Origin: the human T2T-CHM13v2.0 reference genome, Homo sapiens
Assembly (NCBI RefSeq): GCF_009914755.1
Contig: NC_060929.1
Strand: one strand, 5' to 3'
DNA length: 64,000 nucleotides
Made by a program: the position numbers and the translations under genes. Below are positions 12,670 to 34,407 of this stretch, piece after piece. The notes beneath the pieces are model-generated. The model saw only the letters and a program-made list of their open reading frames with translations. It was not told the origin of the DNA and made no database searches. The first letter of the stretch is position 1; each line of letters starts with the position of its first letter.

Positions 12670-15081
12670 CTAAACAGACAATAGAGGGTGGCAGTGCATC
12701 AAACAGTATTGCTTACATTGCAACAATGGCCGGCGCAGACAGGCAACACCGAGGCATTAGAGAAAGAACAGGGTAGCCAAATGCCATCCTTCTTCCACCA
12801 AGCACTGTAGCTTCTCAGTTTTCCAAATAAGAATCACATGCTCAAGAACATTTGAATTCTGGAAATTACTCAGGTTTTTAATGCCACTATTTTGTGTCAC
12901 TGCCTGAAACAGGGATAGCAATGGTGACATTTGGCTCTTTTATATTTTTAATCAAAAATGGGGAATTTAGATCTGCAATCTTTGGTACCACAATCTGCCC
13001 TTCCCCCCCAAAAAAATATTGTACGGGGGAAAAAAATCTTCAGTAAGGAAGAGGTAGAAGGCATTTAGTCACCTTAAAATTTATTTTCGTAAGCATGCAG
13101 GGCTGATTACTGGAAGAGATGAGCAAATTCACTAAGATTGGAGTGGCCACTCCTAAATATCAAATTCAGAACAATTTTCCAAATAAGAAATTTAACTTTA
13201 AAAATTGTCCTCAAAAGCCCCCCAAAACCTTTTTTTCCCCATGAATAGAAAACTACTGGAACAAGCTGACCAAAGAATCCAGTCTCATACAACTGGCATT
13301 TTTCAAACTACAATACAGAAAACACTAAAAATCAACTACATAAACAAAACACTAATCTAAAATGTTCAAGAGCAACATTTAGCATTTGAATCTTAGTTGA
13401 GTAAAACACTTTGCTTCTTCCCCATGGCCTCTCTAAAACAGTGTTAAGCAGCAAGCAGCTCCACAAAATTATTTTTAATATCTCAAGGAGAAAAGGAGAC
13501 CTAAACCTCCTAAAAAGGTTTTCACCACTAGATAACTTACACTTCCTTAAGACAACTATGCGATTAACAAGCTATTCTTAAGGGGGTTGTGGGGGAGGGG
13601 GGGAAGGCAAAGTGATATCTAGGTCATCATTTAAATTTAAGGCAAAAACCACGTACTGCAATGTCAACGATGCAGAATAGGAATCACATGGTGATAATGG
13701 GTTTTTAGGGGGTAAGAAAACAGGAAGGAGAGGGCTGGGAAATGGCCAAGAAGATTGGAGTCAAATGGACAAAACTGCCCCAAAACTTAAGAACAGTAAT
13801 TTTTTTTTCAATTGAATTACCAGGCTTTACAGTAATAAAAACCTGGATACTTCAGAGAAAAGCTATAAAATATTTTTTAATGCAACTTGGGAATGACAAG
13901 ATAAGTTATGTGTATATTTAAACACCTTTCATTATTTAAAGCTCAACAAAAAAATTTAATTTCCTAAAACCTAATCAGACCAACATCAGTATCTCACATT
14001 GACAAATAACACCAATTCTAATGGTAATGTCTCCCAGTTGGCATTCATACAGGCAAACAAAGGTAAACATTTATAGCTAGACCTAAAAACACCAAACATT
14101 TCCTAATAGTTTAGTAAAACAAATGGGCATCTTCCTTCCAAAAACAAAACAAAAAAGCCACAAAAAAACAAAAAAAGCCCCCAAGTTGTCCTGAAGTTGA
14201 GAATTTCTATCAGATAGATCATCAGATCACAACATGCTTAGTGCATTGCCAATGCTGCCTGTCTGCCCGAGCTCAACATAGTATCGATAAAGAAAGCAAT
14301 TCACTCAGTAAGACTAATCATTACAGAAAAAAAGTCAACACAATTAGTTTCTAACTGCAATCATGCGCCACTAGCTAAAACCCAATCACCCCATAAGTTG
14401 AACCACTCTCAGAGACCCCAAATGAACACTAGTTTTGTTGTATGAATGTTCATTTCACTTGTCTACATTTTCCTTTAAAGGGAGAGGGAGGGGTGGAGAA
14501 CTCACCCAATTTGGCACCCAAGTAAAAAACTGTCAACTACTTTTGAAGCAGGCCCAAAAGTTACCCTTTTAAATACACAAATTCAAGGACTGAAGAATTC
14601 TCATTATCAACCATGCTCAGTCAGCAAATGTTAACACCATGGTGACAGATAAGTCAGTGTTCCCACACTGGCACAAGCACATATATTATAAAAACCCACA
14701 CTTCAGAGCCAAAGGTTAAAATCTGGTTTTAAGCATTCAGGAAGAAAAGAATATGGGGGTTTTTGCTATTTTTGTGAATGAAAAATAGATACAACTGTTC
14801 AACAGTTAAATAACTTAGACAACTACAGTTCATTATACAGCCCTTAGAATTTTATATTTCCATATAGGTAACTAACCTCGGTTGGGTAAGTTGAAGATAA
14901 TTTATTTCAAGTTACTAAGTTAATGGAGTTAGCTGATTATCCTCATAGCACAATCTTTTAAAGCAACTGTCAACAGCAAATTCAACTTACTATGGCTTTT
15001 TAAAAGATTGAAAAGTTTACCAAAGCAATTCTTGTCGAAACTTTACTCTTTGTTCTTTCATGCAAAGAGCATTTGACTAAC

Positions 15082-15180
15082 CTTATTACAGTGACGCCCA
15101 ATACCCATTAGGAAGTTATCTGGTTTAATGTCTCTGTGTATAAAATTCTTTGTATGCACATATTCAATTCTACTGATCAT
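15082..15180 (-). CDS. CSNK1A1: CK1 alpha exon 4 ([33 protein letters not shown])
   Basis: Acceptor tttccag|ATG, donor AAG|gttagt; catalytic loop HRDIKPDN; 99 nt, ends in phase 0. Confidence 0.99.
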
Positions 15181-16059
15181 CTGGAAAAAAAAGAAGGGAG
15201 AGATAATTGAGTTAAGTAGTAAATGAAAATCAACACATTTCTTAAGTATTTCAGTATCTCAATTATTTAGAGTTCACAAAGACAGCGCTAAAGAAAATGA
15301 AATGGAAAGGACAACTAAGTTCTCCATTTATTTCTAGGTTAATGGATATCTAAGCATATACCTGCTGTGTCCTTTGGCTTTACCTTCTAGTATTAATAAT
15401 TAAAACCATGGCAGGGTCTAACCCCATAGGAAGACTTGGTGTTTGTGATTTTCAAATAATAAAAGGAATACCTGTATAATAGTTTCAGTTGCTACAATAA
15501 AGGAAATAAAATAAAAACTTTCCACACTCAATCCTAGGCCTTCTAAAGTAACCTGTTAAAATGGCCTTGTATTACCCAGACCTAATTCCATGTTATAAGA
15601 TATACATATGCACACAAACAGATACACATATACTTGGGAGTGGAGGATGTTGACAGATTGGCAGATTAAGCTATAAGTAGTTGTTATAATTCTTATATAA
15701 TCTCATTCCAAAAGTTAAATATTAAACATGCCATTCTTAAAAGCTTTCCTTAATTTCTTGGAAATTATGCAAAGTCAAACGCTATAGCTCAAATATCCTT
15801 TTTAATGGCTACAAATATTCTGTGGTAGAGATGTTATGTCTTCCCCAACTCACAGTATTCTCACATTGTTTTCCACTTTTTCCTACTATAAATAATGCCA
15901 TTAATAGACATGTATCTTTACCCACTAGTGCTTTTATTTCTATGGGCTTCAAATCCCATATAATTATGGGGAGTTGCTGAGTTGAAGGGTGTATTTTTCA
16001 TTTTGATAGATAATATCACACTGCCTTCCACAATAGGCTGTAACAATTTGGATTTACTC

Positions 16060-18306
<2,247 letters not shown>

Positions 18307-18474
18307 ACTTTTAACCTTTTAATGCTTGAGTTTGTTTTGTGCCACAAATATCACAATTTGCTCACATTTGCTTGAGCCACTGAGTACTTTTAAGGTTAAG
18401 AAGCTTGGGGAGTATCAGGTGCTGATTACAGAAAATGGGCACTACTTTCTAATCCTTGGAATTATAGACAAAGT

Positions 18475-18755
18475 TTTTTCATTGATCTATAATAGTTGTA
18501 TATATTTATGGGGTATGTGTGATATTTTGTTACATGTATACAATGTGTAATTATCAAATCAGGGTAGTTGGGATATCCATTACTTCAAACATTTATATTT
18601 TGTGTTAGGAACATTACAATTCTACTCTTCTAGCTATTTTGAAATAAACGATAAGCTATTGTTAACTATAATTTCCCTACTATACTATGTAATACTAGAA
18701 CTTATTCCTCCTAACTGTATTTTTGTGCCCATTAACCTACTTCTCTTCATCCCTC
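18475..18755 (-). mobile_element. L1 3' end fragment (L1MA-like)
   Basis: ATAATAGTTGTATATATTTATGGGGTA...CAAATCAGGGTAGTTGGGATATCCAT pattern typical of an antisense L1M 3' UTR. Confidence 0.7.
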
Positions 18756-18821
18756 TGAATTTACAAACTTACTAAAATTCCACCTCAAATACCATGTCTG
18801 TTTATCTCATTTTACTTTATG

Positions 18822-19037
18822 ACATTTACTTGAAAGAAGCTCACAGTGATGCTTTGGGTAATACATAAATAATAGTATTAAAAGGTAAGTGATAAAGTAA
18901 ATAAAGGTAAGTGATAAAACAAATAACCTGTGTTCTCCTTTCCCTTTTCCTCATTTTATTTTCTTCTGTTATTTTCCCTCTTCCTTTTTATGTGATAGGC
19001 AAATCTGGACTAGAGAGCTGTCACAAACCCTCCATTA
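18822..19037 (+). repeat. Local direct duplication, copy 1 (with internal 22-bp tandem repeat 18881-18924)
   Basis: Aligns by eye to 22336-22529 with 8 substitutions plus one 22-bp insertion. Confidence 0.95.
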
Positions 19038-19838
19038 TATTTTTAAATGTCATTCTCTTCATAGTATTTTTATAAGCACACTGAGTTTAACTTAAAGCAT
19101 TTCCAGCATTTTCCTGCCCTTAAAGGTAACAAATACTGATCAAAACAAAAAATTATACATGTCTTGATATTTACCAATCATTACCTTAATGTATTATCTT
19201 TTCCCTTAAGGTTTGTTCCTTACTCATCTTTCTCATTTCTTAAGATCGAAATATCCAAACTTTGGCTGTAAAAACCATTTAATCTAACCTACAGCCAATG
19301 CATCAATCTAATTCATGACATCTCCAAAATTTCCTAGGTCTTAAGTAACACAAATGGTTGAGAATCCATTACTCCAAGCAGCATCTACTTGGTCAAAAAA
19401 TTCTTCCTTATATTACTTCAGGACCTTTTTATCCTCAAAAATATAGCTTTTCTAAGAGTCCCACACATAATACATAATATTCAATTTTGCTTAATTTAAC
19501 CAAAATGTCAATATACATTTATCAACAATTATATGCATACATACACTCTAAACTCTCCAAACAAAATCTTACAATAACCTGCTACATATGACACTAAAAC
19601 TTCATCTGAAGGAGCAGATTGAAAACTACTAGTCTACAGATGAGTAAGAAACCAAGATAATTCCAGGTTTTGTCTTATTCCCATAGGAAAATATCTACAA
19701 GTCACATTATTATTTTTTTTCTGCCTATGCTAAGGTTAAATAGTGATGCACAGGATTTTAATACTCTGATTTATGAATAATGAAATTCCAGTCAACAGTA
19801 CTAGTCTCAGTTTATATTCTAATCAAAATTTCACATAC

Positions 19839-19965
19839 CTGGTCAGCTAACATAAGTACAGTTTTCATTGTGAACCTTCTTGAACAGAAATTGAAGAGGT
19901 CTTCGAGGCTAGGTCCCAGAAGATCCATGACTAGTACATTGTAGTCTTTTTCCTGACCATACCAC
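19839..19965 (-). CDS. CSNK1A1: CK1 alpha exon 3 ([42 protein letters not shown])
   Basis: Acceptor gttag|G, donor CAG|gtatgt; CK1 signature [10 protein letters not shown]; 127 nt. Confidence 0.99.
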
Positions 19966-20924
19966 CTAACGAAACAAAAGGAGAAGAGAGGATATTACAA
20001 AAAGCTATTACTTAATATCATCAACCCTAAGAATAATATAGTTTTCTTTCACTGACTAGGTATTATATAAGGCGAATGTTCCCCTACTCAGAAGACAAAC
20101 CCACTAATTAACTACAAGGCCCAAAGACAAAACAAGGGTAATGAGACTTTTTTTTTTCCCTGTCATGCAACTCCATTCTCCTATATAGATAGGACATGCA
20201 TAGTAGCCTTAACACTCCTGTTACCAGGGCAGCTGAATTTTATACCCACTGGCCACTGATTCCTATGGCCTTTACCAAATTCCTTAATCTCACCTGAATT
20301 TACTTTGTAACTGAAGAAATGAAGATGACTCTATCAGTCATTCCAAAATGTTTCAGAAAGCAAAGATTTCTTTTATCTGAACTTCGATTCCAGTTCCTAC
20401 CAAATTGCATTTAATCAATAATTACTTGTCCTTATTCAAAAAGGAGTCACATTTTTCCTTGGCTTCAGATCACAGAAAATAACCCATATAACACAAGGTA
20501 ATGACATTTATTTGCTTTTAACTGGAATCATGTTTTAATTATCCTGGGCTGTATTACTGTATACAATGTGTCCCTAATAAGAAGTATCATCTGCCAATTT
20601 CATTTATCCCAAGGACTGAAAATCACTGCAATAAATTATTTCAAATTTTGATGCCTATGATTCTGGTAAGAGTACTTTCCTTAAAATAAGCACTACCACT
20701 TTTCTTTCAAACTTTTCTAGATATTAAATTCTGCTAAGAAAATCAGGTGATACTTAAAATTTTGTTTAAAAAGTTATTTTAAAGCTTAAACTGCAGTCAT
20801 TTCTTTGTTAACTCCAATAAGAACCAATCCCAAAATTTACCATATCTGGAAAGCTTATGTTTTAAAAATATTCAAAAGGGGAGAACAGGCTTTTCTTCCT
20901 TTCCCTTCCTTCCTCCTTATTTAT

Positions 20925-22247
<1,323 letters not shown>

Positions 22248-22335
22248 TAAAACAGCATACTAAAGCTGCTGTTATTTTCCCTCTTCCACTCTTTATTCTC
22301 CCTATGGGAATTCAACACCTTTCACATTCGCTGAA

Positions 22336-22529
22336 ACATTTACTTGAAAGAAGCTCACAGTGATGCTTTGGGTAATACATAAATAACAGTATTAAAAGGT
22401 AAGTGATAAAGCAAATAAGCTGGGTTCTCCTTTCCCTTTTCCTCATTTTATTTTCTTTTGTTATTTTCCCTCTTCCTTTTTATGTGATAGGCAAATCTGG
22501 ACTAGAGATCTGTCACGAACCTACCATTA
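22336..22529 (+). repeat. Local direct duplication, copy 2
   Basis: Same sequence as 18822-19037 (ACATTTACTTGAAAGAAGCTCACAGTGATG...CCATTA). Confidence 0.95.
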
Positions 22530-25480
22530 CAAACGTTCAACACTTGTTTAATATAAATATAATTTACCTAGGCTTTTAAGAAAACGAGAACACCAAATCC
22601 AGAAAGAGCTAAGGAAGTAAGAAGGCGCAAAAAGTCAAATAGGCAAAAGGGAAGGCATAAATCAACTCTTATTTATAAGACCAAGTCTCAGCTCTAGACA
22701 GGTTTCCACTGATGGCTCAGATGTAAAACTACAAAAAACAAGCAAATGTTATAACCATCCATCTAAGCCCAAACACAAACCTGAAATGTAAAAGGCACAA
22801 ATTCAGACTTTATATTTTCATGCAATTAACATGATTTCATAAAGAAATCATCTGCAAAGTAAGCCTCTAACAAAATCACCTGCATGTAAGCCTCTAACTC
22901 CCTTAATAGTTAGAAACTGGGAAGAATTAGATGAATTGAGAAGCACACTTAAAACACACACACATTATTGGGCATTCTTCATCCTTGCTTAAATTTATGA
23001 ACACAAGACATATTCACTATTCTCAAAGTCAGGAGGATTAAATACTTCCTTGAAAATAGCTAAAAAAAAATAAGCGTCTCAAAGGCATTTTACCTTGTGG
23101 AGCAACCATGCAGTTCTAAAACAGCTAGGACTTTCTTTTCTATGGACTGGTACTATAACTCCTTAAACCTAAGAGACAGGTGTTTACATCTTTCACACTT
23201 CCTTTGGTCTCAAGGAATATATAGCTTAATTCTCTAAAGCTAGAACGTCACACCCTCCATCTGTGCTCTTCCATCTGGACTAACTCATTCAGACATTATC
23301 ACACACAGATTCAGAACCAGAAATGGTCTTCTGCTTATTCCAATCTTACTTATTCTTAGTTTCTACCTTCACCTCCATGCTTCCCACGTCTATTCTGAGA
23401 GCTTTTCTCTACCTTCAATCCCAACCTTAAAACCCAGATGCCAAAGAAATCTTCCTAATGTCACCTATCCCACATTGGTCTCCTATTTCCTAGAATTCCC
23501 AAAGCCATTAACTATTGCTTGTGTCCACAGTCTTAACCCCTTGACAATACTCATCTACTGTAACTTTGGTGTTTGTCTCTATACCTGGTAGGATAGAGCT
23601 TACAGCTTTATTTTTATTTGAATAGCCTTTTCACAGAACCTGAGTCATGAACAAGCACTAACCCGATTCTCTGAGGCCATTTAAGTTTATAGTCTGAAAC
23701 ACCAACACAAAAACCTCACTCATTTACTTTCTAGGCCTTCAAACTAGAAACACAGGTCTTACCTTTAGACATTTTTAAGTACAAGACGTGTTGCTACTAA
23801 GTGTACAGTGGTAAAGTGATGTGCATATTGCAGGTACTCAGGTAATTATGAGACTAAAAAAAGTATTCCAGTTGATTTGGACCTTATTCTTCCTAAGTTA
23901 CGAAACATTAAAAAAAATCAAGTAATTTAATGGGTGAAAGTGAAAATAATAATTTTAAAAAGATAAAATGTTCGGGGATCTCATTTTCCATTTGTTTCAA
24001 ATCTATACCTTTAGACTTCAGTGTTACCTAAAACTAGGCTGAAGAATGAGTTCATAATTTACACAACCATTATTACTTACTTACAGCATAAAAAAAGTAT
24101 CTAAGGTCTGAAGATAATGCCAAGAGAAGGCAAGGTCTATCTCTCTGCTCTTATGTCCTTTCCTCTAAACGCATATCCAAATTAAATCCAATTTAAAAAT
24201 TAAGACATACACAAAAAGCACAAATGTAAGACAATACATGCAAAAGTCAATGAGGCTGACAAAAAATGCTAACATGATTCACACAAAAGATCAATGAGAA
24301 CTAAATCTATCTAAAGAGGTATTAGGAAAATAGTCTGCTACCAGTCAGATCCTGAAGGATGAACAGTGTTTTGATAAGTAAGGCAGAAAAGGGCTTACCA
24401 GGCAGGGGCAAACCATTTTGGGGCATGGGCTGTCATAAAGGGAAGAGTCAAGGTGGCAGATAGATTGAAGCTGCAGTATAGGTTCTTCAGTGCAAGGCTT
24501 ATGAGCTTTACATGCTGTAAATAATTGGGTGAACTATTACTACAGTTTGTGGCTGAGACATAATTAAAATCAGTAATTATTAGCCTTGGCATCAGTATAC
24601 AATATGGAAATGGAGGACCAGGGGAAGGAATGACAATGACATGGTTACCAATTAGGAAGTGTTATACTATAGCCGGAGATTTCAAGCTAGGGGTTTGCTT
24701 TTTTCTGAAAAATGTCTTCATGAAAATGGGAGTATTTGAGAAAAAAAATACATATTTTTCATATAAAAATATTTAAGTATTACTATGAGACCCAGAATAT
24801 TCCAGAATAAATCAGTGTAATTATTGTAATATGCACTTTACCCAAATATATGTTAGTTCCATCACCATGACCAGGACAAAATAACAGTAAAAAAAAAAAT
24901 TTAATGTAGATCTTCCCCTTCAGACTATTAACTTAATTAGGGGCAATCATTATATTTGTCTTGTTCACAATCTGTATTCCCAGCATACACAAGAGATGCT
25001 CAAAACATTTGCTGAGTAAAATAATGAAAACTCATATTAGAAGCTGTAACAGTGTAGGGAGTGCTTGATTTGGCAGATAAGGAAAACAAAACAAGAAATG
25101 CAAAAACACTCCCTGCACTCCAAGTGAAGACATCAGGAAGCATCTATTTATCCCTAGTTCAAATAAGCCAAATAATTATAAAAGTTAAAAAGTCGTTTGC
25201 CAATCTTTCGGTTATTAATGTCAGAGTCTTCAGTGAACAACTAAAAAGTATCAACACTGAATCAGTGCTATAATATATCCAATTTTAATAGCACCTACAA
25301 GATATCCTGAAGATACTGTCTCTCAAACTTAGTCTCTTGCCAGCCCATCATTATCCAACCTTTATGCTCCTTTTTAATGGGAGCAGAAAAGGAATTTGGC
25401 CTAGCAAGATCTTGCTGAACCGTAAGAACTAACTCAAATTGTCTCTTTAGGATACTACTGCTAACAGTTCCAGCTACTCA

Positions 25481-27486
<2,006 letters not shown>

Positions 27487-28961
27487 ACCCCCCACAAAAA
27501 TCAGTGATTTCTATTGGTGACAAAGTCAAAGGTTCTGCTAAAACTCATGAGGTTTCCTACTTACACTTAAAATCAAAAAGAAATACTAGATTTGAGTGAG
27601 AAGCTCATGAAAATAAAAATGTAATTTTCCTTACCTGTCTAAATACATAGATCTCATGGGGGGTGGATATGGTTATGAACCAGGTTAAGAGCCCCTGTTC
27701 CAAACCAACTTTTGAGATAAATAGCCTGTAGAATAAGATCTAATATTTGAAAATCATGTATGTTTTGCTCAGCAATAACGTAGTCAACTAAGATGATTTG
27801 TTTTCCCTCTTCTTGCTGCCTTGTTACTACTAATCCTTTGCTTACAACATTACCCCCAAGATCCTTGAATTACCGTACATTTTCATATTCTCCACCTTTG
27901 TTCCTTGCCCTTTGCCTTCAAAGATATGTAGATGTTCCTTAACTCCAAAAATTATAAAAACAAACAAAAAAAACTTTACCACTGTTCATTATCAAAGTTA
28001 CTATTCATTTATCCATTCAATATTTAGAGTAGCTAACAAGACAAAACAAAATAATTGCTGCTTTCGTGGCTTATAGTGGGGAAGGGTGATAAACACCATG
28101 ATGGAGAGAAGAGTGCTATTGTGGGGGCACAAATTATGGGGATCTGATCTTTTTTTTTAAGGGAGGCATCAGGGAAAGTTTCTCTGAGGAAGTAAGGTTG
28201 ATTCTCAAAGGACAGATGGCAGAGACCCAGGTTAAGGGGTGGATTGGCACCAGGCTGAAGTCTGGTGCTCACAAGAAACTAAGTGACAGCATAGGTTGGT
28301 ATAGTGTGTAAGATCACCTTATTTTCTTCTTCAGGTAATTTTTTGAAAACCTGGTTTATATTTGCATCTTACTCTCATTTTTTCTTGGTTCCCAGTAACA
28401 TAGTTATTTTCCCCGTAATACCCAAAGTGTTATTTCAAAGATCACAAATAATTGAGCGGGGACGTAGTTGCAAAAAAAAAAAAAATCACAAATGACCTAA
28501 CTTTTGTCAGCTCTTGTCATCACTGCTCCAACATTGATAGTGGTGGTATTGAGGGACAGCATGTGGAGAACTGGAAGGTCCAGGGAGATACAAATGTTAA
28601 AATACACTTTTTCATTGGGAAGTGGAAAATGTACTTATAGTCTTCATAACACAAATTACAAAAGCTTGATCAAATGTTTTCTAATAGGCAAATATATAAA
28701 AGCAGATTAGTAGTTGCCTAGGGCTGACGGGAAATGGAGTGACTGACAATGGGTTCAAGATTTATTTTTGGCATGAGGAAAATATTCTAAATTTGAATTA
28801 TGGTAATGGTTGTACAACTTTGTACATATACTAAGAAACAAACTGTACAGATTAAATAGGTTAACCTTTATGTGGGTAAATTATATCAATAAAGCTGATG
28901 AAGAACTGGTAGATGACAAGTGTAATATAAAGGCAACCATAAATACAAAATACAGGAATAA

Positions 28962-29711
<750 letters not shown>

Positions 29712-30415
29712 GCCCCTTACCTACTAAAAAAGCAAGAGTTTCATATATCAAAAAATTCCTAAATATGGCCTCTGCTTATCCTTTCAATTCTATATACTTA
29801 ACTCCCTCTTCGGATTATCCTCAGACCCAATCATTGAGTCAAGTTACTTTACTGAGCACCTGTTGGGTACTGAGCTCTAACACAGCCAAACCCCAAACGC
29901 TTTAAGTCTCATTTCTTTCCTACTTCTTGGATACACATTACCTCTTCCTAAAAACTTACTTTCTTTATTCAACAGCCCATTATCCTGACTCTCCTCCTGC
30001 TTTATTAATTCCGAATTTCCACCAAGGGGATGAGTCCTCACCTCTCAATTTACTTTCTCCACTATCACTTACATGCTGATCTTGCTTAGATCTAACCCCA
30101 ATCCCAGTTCCCTGGCCTAGGCTCAGTTCTGTATTTGCTGCTAACTTTACTACACAAGAGTAAAACACAATATGCCATTCACCTTAATTTCAACATGTCC
30201 AAAGCCATTACCACCCACCATACTTGTAAAATACTAAAATTGGGCCCCCTTCCTAACTCCCTAATTCAAACCTCAAATTCTTAAGGCTCAAGTGACTTAC
30301 CTCCACTCCTTAAAAAGGGATAACATGTACATTAAAAAGTTTCAGAAAGAAAAAAAGAAATCAAACACACTCCTATAAAATATCTCCTAATACACTATTA
30401 AGAGACCAAATGGCT

Positions 30416-31038
30416 TTCTTTTTGTTTGTTTCTTTGTTTTTGTTTTGAAATGGAGTCTCACTGTTGCCCAGACTGGAATGCACTGGCACAATCTCGGCTC
30501 ACTGCAACCTCTCTGCCTCCCAGATTCAAGCGATTCTCCTGCCTCAGCCTCCTGAGTAGCTGGGATTACAGGCACATGCTGCCACACTCAGCTAATTTTT
30601 CTGTGTGTTTTGAGTAGAGACAGGGTTTTGCCATGTTGGGGGGACTGGTCTCAAACTCCTGACCTCAAGTGATCCACCCGCCTCAGCCTCCCAACGTGCT
30701 GAGATTACAGGGGTGAGCTACCACACCCAGCCACCAAATGGCTTTCTTTCTTTTTTTGAGACAGAGTTTTGCTCTCGTTGCCCAGGCTGGAATACAATGG
30801 CATGATCTCAGCTCACCACAATCTCTGCCTTCTGGGTTCAAGTGATTCTCCTGCCTCAGCCTCCTGAGTAGCTGGTATCACAGGCACGCGCCACCACGCC
30901 TGACTAATTTTGTATTTTTAGTAGATATGGGGTTTCTCCATGTTGGTCAGGCTGGTCTGGAACAACCAACCTCAGGTGATTCGCCCACCTCGGCCTCCCA
31001 AAGTGCTAGGATTACAGGAGTGAGCCACCGTGCCCAGC
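30416..31038 (-). mobile_element. Two tandem Alus (30416-30732, 30743-31038)
   Basis: Alu consensus; CAAATGGYTTTCTT three times. Confidence 0.93.
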
Positions 31039-31619
31039 CTCAAATGGTTTTCTTTAGGGTAATTTTTGCACTATAAGTTAGCACTTGTATTACAGACAAT
31101 GTTTCTGTATGAAGATACTAAGAGAACAAATAACTGGATGAAGGGAACACTTCCCCCTACTTTGCATTAATTAATTTGCTTAGAAAATCCTCTTTAAATG
31201 GATAGAGCTAAGTATTCTAGATAAGAAACTGTAGACAAAAACGATACAAAAAGGCAAAATTAAATTATCTTCATTAGTGGAGAAAATGAATACAAAAAGA
31301 AAACAATGAACATTCCAAAGTTTGATATGTTTGTTTTACGTAGCAAATACAGAAGAAAGGACACAATGCCTGGGCTGCAAACATACAGCAAAGGGGAAAA
31401 GGAAAATGGAAGAAGCAACACAAGCTACCAGAAAGGAATGATACAACCTCAAAGAAAGAAAAGATGGCTATTCAAATACATGAATAGCTATCAAGTCTGT
31501 GCAACCCTGAATAATACAGCACTAAGTAATATTCATAAAAGTAAGTCCTTCAGTGACCAGACCATTAAAAAGTAGTCCAGTAAATCTGCAGTTAGGTTTA
31601 AGAATGGGAAGCTGGCTAA

Positions 31620-31860
31620 GTTGACAGTATATGTAACATAGTACCAAGAATACTGGACCAGCAGCCAGAAACATAGGTTCTAGTCCTGGCTTGTTATTTT
31701 CTTGCTCTGTGACTCTGTGTAAGTGATTTCTGCTCACTGGTCAAAGATTCTTAATATAACCCTATTTATTTATCAAAAGGTGTTGTGGTAATTATGAGAG
31801 TTTATGTAAAAGCACTTGATAAATTACAAAGCATTACATAAATAAGGGATTATTATTCTT
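31620..31860 (+). mobile_element. MIR-like SINE remnant
   Basis: GGTTCTAGTCCTGGC..TGTGACTCTG...GTAAAAGCACTT...TATTATT resemble the MIR core and tail. Confidence 0.55.
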
Positions 31861-31864
31861 ATTA

Positions 31865-34278
<2,414 letters not shown>

Positions 34279-34407
34279 AGTATAGCCTTATTAGGTTGTA
34301 ATTCTAGGAAAAGATGGGGGTTGATGGGGGTGAGTAGCAAAGCAAAAATTATTGTTATTAATTATTAATATACTATATTTTGGGGATTAATAACAATTAT
34401 TAATTGT

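Noticed and set aside
14655-14670. 6-bp hairpin with GGGA (GNRA) loop in the pre-mRNA
   Set aside because: Too short to distinguish from chance without conservation data
19902-19904. Possible variants at the E98 hotspot (also D140 and G40)
   Set aside because: All read as the expected residues (GAA, GAT, GGC)
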